Assembly (NCBI GenBank): GCA_013239625.1
Contig: MU053504.1
Coordinates: 2,364,607 to 2,428,606, forward strand
Source: Lama guanicoe
Lineage: Eukaryota
Reading direction: 5' to 3'
Length of the DNA: 64,000 bases
The notes under the pieces were generated by a model. The model ran no database searches, was not told the DNA's origin, and was given only the letters and a program-made list of their open reading frames with translations. Made by a program: the position numbers and the translations under genes. The stretch's first letter is position 1, and each line of letters begins with the position of its first letter. Of the stretch, positions 54,330 through 64,000 are shown one piece after another.

Positions 54330-55182
54330 TCTCTAGAATCATCTCCAGAACCTCCTCCAGAACCTCCCTCTTCTCGTCATTCACCTCCATTCCTCTGCTC
54401 AAGCCACCCTCTGCTTTTGCTTGGATTGTTGCAGTCACTACTCTCTGACTGGCCTCCCACCTTCACTCTGGTCTCTCTTTGTTTTTGTTTTCAACACAAC
54501 AGCATGCAGGAGGGTCCTGGGTTTGATCCCCAGCACCTCTTCTAAAAATAAATAAATAAATCTAATTACCTCCCCCCACCCCAACACACACAAAAGCAAA
54601 AAACACAACAGCTAGAGCGACCCAGTTTACCGAAGTCAGATCCTGTCACTTTGCTCCTCAGCCCCTCAGTCCTTGTAAGGCCCCACCTCACTCAGAGGGA
54701 ATGCCAGAGGCTGGCCATTGTTCATATGGCCCTGGGCACTCGGGCACTCCTGACTACCTTTGGCACCTTCATTTCCTTCTCCTCTCCTTTGCCTAATCTG
54801 CTCTGGCTACTCTGCCCACCTTGCTAATCTGAACACACCAGGGTTCCTCCTAAGTTAGGACTTTGCACCTGCTGTTCCCTCTGCCTGGAATGCGTTTCCT
54901 CAGTGATCTGCATGGTTTCCTTCAATACCATCTTTAGGCCTTCTACCCGAGAACTCCCCTGGGTACTCAGTCTCAAAGTGCAGTGCCCCCACCCTCAACA
55001 CTTCCTAGTCCCTTTCCTTGTTACATTTCTTTTGCTTATCACCATCAACTGTGTACGTTATTTTGTGCGTGTTATTACCTGTCACTCCTGTTTCTCTTGT
55101 AATGAGAACTCCATGGAGTTCCCCCCCCATGGATATATCCCCACCTAAGTAGGCACATAGTAGGTGCTCAGTAAATATTACA
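54330..55182 (+). mobile_element. LINE-2 3' fragment (interrupted by SINE)
   Basis: GGACTTTGCACCTGCTGTTCCCTCTGCCTGGAATGC...GGCACATAGTAGGTGCTCAGTAAATATT. Confidence 0.7.
54501..54601 (+). mobile_element. 5'-truncated tRNA-Ala-derived SINE (Vic-1-like)
   Basis: AGCATGCAGGAGGGTCCTGGGTTTGATCCCCAGCACCTCTTCTAAAAATAAATAAATAAATCTAATTACCTCCCCCC; TSD AACACAACAGC at 54493 and 54602. Confidence 0.8.
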
Positions 55183-55777
55183 AAAGGCATGCATTGTTCA
55201 ATGACCATCATCTGGCCATTTGTTATTGGTTGCAGTGGCCCAAGCATCTGGCATTTGTAGGTTGGCCCACCAGGGTGACCATAAGGTATTCTCTAAGAAC
55301 TTGGACAAAAAAAGCTCTCAAGACACTTCTGAAGGTTCCACTCTGAAATAGACCCATGACAGATGAGATTAGACACAAGCAAAGTGAATTTAAAGACACA
55401 AAGTAAGACAAAAGGCAGGGACTGAATCAGGAGATGGAGGATACAGAGGGATGCATTATAGAAACAGAGGCAGGATGCACTGGGAGGTGGAACACTGGCC
55501 TAGAGGTTGAGCCCCAGGCCTGGTGCACAAAATAAGTGACTCTTTCCTTTGACTTCCTGACTCTGCCCCTGAACTCACTGAGTGGCTTTCAGACCATAGT
55601 TTGGCTTCCCATCAAGTTCATTCATCTTCGTTAGGACGTTGACTTGTATGATAGTTAAGTTATAGTTCCCATTAAAAATGAGCACAGTGGCTTTAGGCTT
55701 ATGAACCTTACATCCTAGTGGTCAGGCCGTCGGTGATGGGAGACTGGTAACCGTGGAACACTGACGAGACCCATTTT

Positions 55778-55796
55778 CTAGCGCCCCCTGGCTGAG
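55778..55796 (-). promoter_or_regulatory. CTCF motif
   Basis: Minus strand CTCAGCCAGGGGGCGCTAG; the surrounding sequence retains CpGs. Confidence 0.6.
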
Positions 55797-58700
55797 GGCA
55801 AGTTCATTGAGCAAATAATACCCCATAGAGCCTTTTGGGGCACAGCCAGCCAGATGTTTCATGGTGTCCCCCTTTTCTTTTTATAGGTCTTTATCAAAAT
55901 CCCACACATTTGGTCAGTTCGGGAAAATGTCCTGGAGGTAGAGGACTTCCTCAAAAACCCCTCTGTGTTAGGGTCCTGGTGAGAAGGGGACTCTTACCTC
56001 ATGCTGTTACAGATTAGGTAACTGACACAGGCTTGCAATGTGATGACAGACCTGTGTAACAGACACTGAAAGCTGCCTGCCTGGTAGCCATGGCTTCCGC
56101 CTGCTGCCAGCATCCTGATGGTGTTCAGGATAGCAGTGCGCCCAAAGGGAGGCGATGATCCATGTTGCCCTAAAGCAGCATCGACCAACTTCATCAACAA
56201 CAAAAAAAATTTTTTTTTAACTTTAGGCTTTGGGAGCCAAGAGGTAACTTTCATATTATACACCTATCCTGAAATAGTCTTTTGACTTTTCCTTCCAGCC
56301 ATTTAAACATGTAAAACCCATTCTTAGTTCCTAGGTTGTACAAAGTCAGGTGGCGGGCTGAATTTGGCCCACTTTGCAGACCTCTGCTCTAAGCCAATCA
56401 CTCCATCCTGTTTCTTATTTTACCAGGCCGCCTTGCAGGATGGTCTTGGCACCCAGTTCTGGCCTATAAGACCTAAGTGGAGGTGTGCTGGGGAAGGCTG
56501 GTCTGGGGCAAGTTTTTATCATCTTGATAAAGGACCTAGACCCTTCTCTTTTCTCCGCCTTGAATATGAATGTGAGTTACGGTGCCACTGACCATGATGA
56601 GGCAGCAGAAACCAATACACCAAAGATTATGAAGCCAAGATCGGAAGACCCTGAGTCTGTGACTGCAGTGCCGGAACCTACCTACTTTGTAACTTACCAA
56701 GCAAAGAAAAGAATGACCAGTATTTGAGCAGCAATTGATCAGCTTCCTCATCACTTGCAGCTGCATTCTTAGCCGATCCAGCATGTGAGAGATGTCCATC
56801 ATTATCTGTCCCACCCCTCCCTCATCTCGGAGAATTACTCCACCCACAGGCAGCTGTGTTTTGTACCACGTGCTCTGTCCCACGCCCATCTGCCTGCCAA
56901 GCTGTTCAGACTTGACCTCAAATCAGCCAATCCATAGGCTGGCCAGTGAAACTTGGTTGCTTGGCTCAAAAGATGAGCAGGACCAATCAGGTCTCAGGAA
57001 GGGGAGCTGAGGCTCCTGTGGTTTCTGGCAGGACATAAAAAGGTGAATGCAAACAGCATGGTGGAGTCCCGTGAAGGGCAAACTCCTGGAAGGAACGTCC
57101 ACAAATGTCATGGGTGAGGTCCTCCTCCAGTGCATCCTTCTCTCTGGCTCCTGGCTCAAAAACTCAGCCTAGCATGGCCCCAGTTCCTAGATTTCTTCTG
57201 GATTCCAAATGCACCCTGTAACTCCTGCTTCATTCTTCCCTAGATGAGAGCAGTTTGAGAATGTAGGCCAGGGTCCTGTTCAGCATTCTCTTTGTCGTCT
57301 GGCTCCCACCAAGGGAAGAAATAATAGCACAGAACCACAGGAGAGCCAAGTGCAGCCCCCCTTCCCAAAGCCACCACCCCCAGCACCACCTGGATCCACT
57401 GGGCTCCCCAGAGAGCTATTCTGAGCTGAGAGGCTATGGGACAGGTTTAGCCTTTTCAAGCATCTGGTTTTGTGCTTCACTGGAGCCACAAAAAGAAGGG
57501 GGAAAAAAAAAGAAAATTCTTTTCCATGTGGATAGTGAACATGTAACCCCCTGGGGGTGTGACAGGATGGGAATAGAAACAAGGCCAGGAGGGCACTGAG
57601 GAGTCAGAGCTCTGATGGGTCGCTGAGGTCTGGAACCTTTCCCCAGGACCTGTCAGTGCCTGGAGCAGGAGGGCCTTAGAGATTGGCTTGTGGTGGCTGT
57701 GGTGGAGGTGAGGGGCCTGCGGGGGAGGGTGGGGCTCCTGGTGGGAGGGATGGCCGGGCTGCGGGGCACGGGGAGCAGGAGTTTCTGGAGAAGTCCAGGA
57801 TACAGCTAGCTCTCTGACTGGGGAACGATACACACTCTAGCCTCTTGAGGACTAGTGGGACTAGATGGGGTGAGGGTCTTGCAGACAGTGATGTTAGCCA
57901 GCCATCAGGTGGGCACTGGGGCAGAAAGCCTTCTACCCCGTGACAGACAAAGATGCAGATTCTGTCAGTGGACTGGCTTGTATCAGTGCGAGCTACCCGA
58001 GAGACTGAGGGCTGCTCAGGGCTTCATTCTAAGCAAGGGTCGGGGAAGGAGGTCTGGGGAAGATGATGCCAGTGGAGAGGGCCGGCAAGGAGGTGCCTCC
58101 GGGATCCTGAAGCTTCAGCACCAGTGGCCTTGTCACGCCTGTGTGGAGTAGAGGAGATGGCTTTGCAGGCCAGTGGGCTCGTACTGAGGGTGTCTGGGGA
58201 ATCATCCAAGGGAGGGTGAACACACATATTTGAAACTAGAGACAGACCCTTGGGAGCCATTTATATACAAGTGGTCACTGAGATGATTTGGAGTGGATGA
58301 GACTGGGTGGTGAGTTGAGATAAAGAAAACCCCGGGGGGACACTTAAGGGCATGGAGACGTGCCTGTGCAGGAGGCAGAGAGAGAAAGTGTAGTCAGGGG
58401 ACCAGAAGATCCCAGGCATGTGGCTCAGTCAGGGAGGAATATTCATGAAGCAGGGGGCAGCCTCCAGTGTGGACTGTGGCAGAGACAGAGGGGCGGGGAT
58501 CGGGGAAATGATAGGTCCCAGGTGACTTGCAAAAGCAGCCCCGGGGGATGCTGGGACAGAGGTCCTGGAAAGAGTGTGGGAAGCAAGAAGGATGGGTGAC
58601 AAGAGACCAGCTGGGGAAGGAGGGCGGGCTGGAGCTGGGGCCTTGGGAGGGAAGTGGGGATGAGGCTTTCTAAGGAATCTGGCGGGGGGATTGGGCAAAT

Positions 58701-60856
58701 GCCAGTGTCCTTGGAGACTTCTGTTCTTGTCACATCTCACAGACCCATCCTCCTTCCCCCTCATAGACTCCTTTGGGCCCCACCCCATCCCTTGAGGGTT
58801 GTGTAAAGGCATTCCTGCTCCCATTTTGATGGGTACTGAGAGTCTTCCCCATTCCCTCAGTCGCCTTGACACTTCACAGGGACCTCCTGTAGACAACAGC
58901 CTCATTTTAAAAATGTGCCTCAGGGACAGTCTAATCAGAGATGTCGGCAGGGCTGGGGCACCTGGGGGCCCAGGAAATGGTGCAGTGAATGCACATCTTC
59001 CAAATGTCCCCAAATCATTTTGCAAGAGGCTCCCTATTCCAGAAGGGCTGTTGTACCCCTTGCATTCCTCCTGGCCGCCCGAGGGCTCTTTGCCACGTCC
59101 TGAGAACAGGGTCAGCAGCTCAGTGCTTTACTGACGATTAGATCTGGGTTGCTGGATGCCCTTGCTGTGGCACAGCCTCTCTGGGGGCTGTGTAGCACCC
59201 CCACCCTCTGAAGGCTCGGTCTGGTGTGGAGGGCACGGGAGAAGGCAGCTGTGTGCAGAGGGCCCTTTAGGCAGGAGTCAGGAGCTGAGGCTTGAACATC
59301 AGATAGATTTTGCTGACTGATCATCGAGCCTAGAAAAAGTACTGGGCAAACTGCTGACCCTGCCCGCCTCCACGCCAACTATTATCCACGACAGGGAGGT
59401 CCCCCCACTGAATCCTTCTGCTGACAGCCCCCTCCCCACCCTGCTCCCTTGTCCCCACTCTTGACCTCCTGTAGGCTCAGTTGCCCTGGCAGGTGGGAAC
59501 CAAAGTTCGCCCTGCTCAGAGACCCTCCCCTGCTGTTGAATCTGCCTGTGAGCCCAGTGTTTAATCCTCACTGACCCTTACTTGGATGGATGGATGGATG
59601 GATGGATGTGGTTGATATTATCCAGCTGAGGACTGAACTACCTACAGTCTCTTGGGAATATGACAAGTGTTGGACATTTTACCCAAAACTAACAAGCATT
59701 CTTTCTAGGTAGATATCTCTCACTCACCATGTACTCCTGTCTACTTGGGCTGGTATATTTTTCATGTAATGTTTCACCTATTTAACTGATGGCCACCGTC
59801 CTCACTGAGGCCCTCAGAACAACACAGGTTCATCTGGGGAGACTGGCAAAGGGAAAATTTGTACTTATGATTACTGTTTGGTTGCCAAGACTGGTTGTAT
59901 GAACTTTAAAAGCCAACCTGAGGCCTTTGGTTATGCTAAAAGTCCCAAAGGGCAGCAGCCATCAGTTAAAGAGACAGTTAGATTGAAACTAGAAAGGTGA
60001 ACACAGACCCAATCTATTTTGTTGTGGTCTTTAGTACTTGAAGGATTTTAGGGAAAAAATGTAGTTCTTTATGGTTTGTATGCTAAAGAGGGACAGTTTG
60101 CACCGTTTGGACAAAATAGAAGTTCTCTGACCAATAAATATGTCTAAAAATGACAAAGCTCTCCCCATTTGATGGCTCTGCATCCCAGGGAGAAACGGTG
60201 GGCACAGGCACAACGAACTATATACAGAGTGTAAACAGTAAGGCCCCTGGGGAGACATAATGGGGGCAGGGCTAGGTATGCAGGGAGGAGCCTCAACAGA
60301 GGGGAGTGGGCCCACTGGTTAATACAACAGGCTTCTAGCGCGGTCACCCAATCTGCCACCAAAGCTTATGGGTGGCAGTGGCAGGTCCACTGGATTCTTC
60401 CAGTTGGCAGTAAGGAGAAATTGTGTCCGTTGAGAAGCCCCACTGAGTTTTCCCCTAGGGGAGGCATTGTGGGCAGCCAGGCAGGGCCTCTGTGTCCTTC
60501 CCTCCCCAGGAGGAGGGACAGGGCTGCCTGACCATACTTGGGGCCATCTACCCTGGGTTCAGGACATGGACAGGGCAGTGTTTCTCAAACAGAGATTGGA
60601 AGCAAATGGCCCCAAGGAGCCCGCAGCCCCTGCCTGGAAAGGGAACTGGGGGTATTTGTGTCCAGTCGGTGTGGAGGTGGGGGTTCCATCACTTTTCACC
60701 CTTTAAGGGCCCCACCCCCACCTCAGTTCCTCAGGGATGCAGGAGAGCAGATTTCCTGATCAGTTTCTGGGTCCCCGATTTTCACCGGCCTCTTGAACAA
60801 AGCCAGCCTCCCTCTCCATACCGTTCCTCCCACCGCTGACATACTCCCCAGGGTCC

Positions 60857-61458
60857 TTAAATATCAGTTTCCTGGAGATGGCTGTAGTCGGCCAATTTAT
60901 AGGCCTGGCAGGTGGCGCCCTGGGCCACGTCGTGGGGGACGCCTAGGGACACAGTCTCCACCTCCGAGGGCAGGGCGCACGCGGCCTCTGCGCGGGGCGC
61001 GCTCCCGGCGCGGATCTTGTGCGACAGGCTGGAGACCTTGGCGCGCAGCTGGGTGGTGGGTCTCCGGAATGGCCCGAGCAGTCGCCACTCGCGGAAGGCA
61101 CGGGGCGGCTTTCGACGGCCGACGACGGGGGCCTGCACCTCAGGTGTGCCCGGGGAGCTGGGGGCCGAGGGCGCGGTGAGGGCCAGCGGGGCGCAGGGCA
61201 GCGGGGCGCCCGGGCCGGGGGCGCAGGCGGGGCGCGGGCCGCCGTTCCAGGCCCGCCAGTGGCGGCCGGGGTCGCGCCAGAGCGGGCGGCGGCGCCGGCG
61301 GGGGCGGCACTGGCAGCGCAGGAGGCGGAGGAAGGCGCGCTTGAACTCGCGGCTGGAGCAGGGGTAGATGAGCGGGTTCACGCAGCTGTTGAAGTAGCCC
61401 AGCCAGAAGATAACCTTGAAGACGCCCTCCGAGGGCTTCAGCTGCGGGAACAGGGAGC
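60857..61458 (-). CDS. ADRA1D: Alpha-1D adrenergic receptor, last coding exon (ECL3, TM7, helix 8, C-tail)
   Basis: Acceptor CTCCCCGCAG|GCTCC; (G)[50 protein letters not shown]...YSHLQETDI*, with the NPxxY motif and the C-terminal ETDI PDZ ligand; 602 nt. Exon 1 lies beyond the window end. Confidence 0.96.
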
Positions 61459-61520
61459 CTGCGGGGAGCAGAGACGCCGGCTGGTTAGATGCTCAGGGAC
61501 AGGGGGCCCGGGCAGCCCTT
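60880..61520. promoter_or_regulatory. Intragenic CpG island over ADRA1D last exon
   Basis: Dense CpG and very high GC across the exon. Confidence 0.7.
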
Positions 61521-61629
61521 GGGGCAGAGGGGCCACCCTCCCCACGCTACCCACCCCCCCACCCCTTTCACGGGCCCTGGCCAGTTATCACCTAGCGGCC
61601 CTCAAGCTCTCTCTCCTCCAGAAGTCCCG

Positions 61630-62151
61630 CACATAATTTGAGGGTGTCCATGAACTTGGATGAGGAAAAATAGTCACCTTCAGTTTTACTCACATTTATC
61701 TGAAATTGAGCATTTCCCTCCAATGGAAGCAACAGAGCAGAATTAGACACAAACCAAATGAAATCACTGTTTTGTAGCTCAAAACTGGTACAATATTGGC
61801 AGTTTCACATGGCTCAACTTAATAGTAGCAGCTGCCAAAGATATTTTTCTACCACATTCAGTGGTTGCAGATGTTTGGAAACACTGTCTCTGCTCCTCGC
61901 TATCTGGAAATGTCAGTCATTAGAACACACCGCTAGATCTTGTGATTTAATGCCTTCACGTGGAAGCACATTTATTTCTAAATCCCAAATTTCACTTAAA
62001 ATATTTGGACAAGGTTTTCAGTGAAATTAGTTTCATGTGCAACTCCTTTGTATTTTATTTTATGCATTTGAAAGAGTGACTGAGAAGGGCTCCAGAAGGG
62101 CTTCACCGGACGCCCGGGTAGTCCCTAGCACACAGAAGGTAAGAACTCCTG
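61630..62151. mobile_element. hAT-Charlie family DNA transposon fragment (MER113/Charlie4-like) in ADRA1D intron
   Basis: AT-rich body ending TATTTTATTTTATGCATTT...GAGAAGGG...GGCTTCACC...GCACACAGAAGGTAAGAACTCCTG. Confidence 0.55.
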
Positions 62152-64000
62152 AGTGAAATGTTGACCAAGGCTTGCCCCGTGCCAGGCACTGTGCTGGGCT
62201 CACATCAAACATGGCCCTTCTCCCTCGGTAGCAATGCGGACCAAATATCATGGGAATGCGGCGGGGTGATGGTGATGTTGGGGTAGGGGGCTTCCAGGGG
62301 TCTCAGAGGATGGACAAGAGCCAGGCAGGATGAGGAAGGTATCAGGGTATCAGGAATGGAAGGGACAGGTTGGCAAGAGGATAAAAGTCTGGGGCCCGAA
62401 AGATATGCTCAGAAAACTTCATTTGGGACAGATGTTCAAGGGCCTTAAATGCTGGGAAGTTTGGCTTTTATTTCGTGGGCAGTTAGGAGTCATGAATATT
62501 TGTAAGCAGGCAAGGGAGCTTAGAATTGAGCCTCCATAAACACAATGCCCATGGGCTGTTTGAATGCAGAACAGTGGGGCTGTCCCAGTGGAAGTGGGAA
62601 GCGGTCAGGGAAGGCTTCTGGGATGGCTTTGCAAGGAGGCAGAGTGCCAGGCAGGAGGGGTGGGGGGCACTTGGGTCTGAGCTGTGTCATGAAGACCCTC
62701 CTTCCCACAAACCTCTCCTCCGGCTTCCCCATCATGGCCCTGAAGGAGTCATGTCTCCAAAAGGCACTCAACACAAAGGCATCATCCAGGAAGCAAAGGC
62801 CACTCTCTCACCCTCACTCTCAGCAGCAGCAGGGGTCAGGGGTAGGGGGCAGGGGTGTCCCACCCCGGGCAAAAGTCGCAGGTGTCAGCCAGGCTGAGCA
62901 GGCCAGGGGGAGTGCTCCTTGACAAATCATGGGACTTGCTTTCTCTCTTTTTTTGTCCCCAGAGAAATAAGAGCAGGATCTCCTACTGGGGAGCAGAGGC
63001 ACCACACCCCGTCTTTGACCTGGGGGCCCTTGCATATTACCCATCTCCCATCTGGTGGGAATTCCTGGTACTAAGGGACACTGTGGAGGAAGAGGGGTGT
63101 CAGGCAGCACTGCGTGGCACAGGCTTTTCAAATCTTGGTCACCCAGCCCTGAGCAGGTTATTTGGCCATCTAAGTCTCATTTTCCTTGTCTGTGAAATAC
63201 AGACAACAGTATTTCTCTGGAAGGGATTTTGTGATGATTTATAAGTTTCAGGGTATAGGACTCAGCAAGTTTGTAATAAATACTGGAGTCTATTCACCTC
63301 CCCCCCCCCACCTATTTCTCTGGCTTTTGGGAAAGGAGACCTTAGCCCTCGGTAGGGACTGTGTTCCCAGCTCTGGACAGTGGCCAGAAACAGAAGCCAA
63401 GACCTGGTGGGTTTAGGGGAGGCTGGGGCATCAGAGTATCTTACGGAGACAATTTCCCTTGGGAGAAGTGTTGGGCAGTTGTCCCTTGAATGTGGGGGAC
63501 ACCAGGTTGACCTCAGCCTCCAGGAAGGCAGCCTTCCGAACAGCATCCCTCAGTGGCTGCAAAGTAAGACAGAGTGCTGAAAATAACTTCCTGACTCAGG
63601 CCACAATTCTTTTATATTTAGGCCAGGATGACAAATCAGTGGACTATGCTTTCAGCAGCGAGCCTGAAGCTGGCCAGAGGGCATTGTTATCAGCGTGGTT
63701 TTGATTCAGATTGGTGGGCAACGTGGCATATTGTAGTTTGCTCTGGGTCTTGTTGTAAACATTAACATTTTAACTTATGCTCAACCAACCTATACGGAAG
63801 CCTGCTGCCAGCTGAGAATTTCTTACACACAAAGGAGCTGGGATTCAAATTCAGCCTTTCAGCCCGAAGTTTTTCCTACTGTGTTCTGCTGAGGTTCTGT
63901 CTTACTTTGGGCTTTCCCAGAAGTAGACCCTTGAGACAAAGATTCAAATGCAAGTTGTTAATTTGGAAGGTAAATGAAGTATCAGTAGTAAAGTGTGATG

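Noticed and set aside
55300..57600. Possible intergenic lncRNA between SMOX and ADRA1D
   Set aside because: No exon structure or promoter can be supported from sequence alone.
60912..61636. Plus-strand ORFs (151 and 205 aa) opposite ADRA1D
   Set aside because: Antisense shadows of a GC-rich coding exon.

Overview
Mammalian genomic DNA. It is probably a camelid (camel/alpaca/llama), inferred from five copies of a tRNA-Ala-derived SINE resembling Vic-1. The window holds the complete spermine oxidase gene SMOX on the + strand: CpG-island promoter, non-coding exon 1 (~8540-8686) and coding exons 2-7 (31498-45692), which splice into 1668 nt = 555 aa. It also has an intact 90-nt cassette exon 6a (45035-45124) giving a 585-aa isoform. 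The last coding exon of ADRA1D (alpha-1D adrenergic receptor, 61458-60857) lies convergently on the - strand. A full-length RPL21 processed pseudogene sits antisense in SMOX intron 1, and the rest is interspersed repeats (L1, L2, MIR, MaLR LTRs, hAT MERs). The most notable observations are: SMOX exon 6a looks like an exonised LINE-2 3' end; near-cognate (ACG/GTG/CTG) uORFs cross the exon 1/2 junction, one overlapping the SMOX AUG; a perfect 5' splice site lies 11 nt into exon 2; three same-orientation CTCF motifs lie between SMOX and ADRA1D; and a second GC-rich promoter-like region precedes exon 2. Repeat family names and comparisons to human come from recalled consensus sequences, not database searches, and repeat boundaries are approximate. 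I found no evidence of a wholly new multi-gene system.
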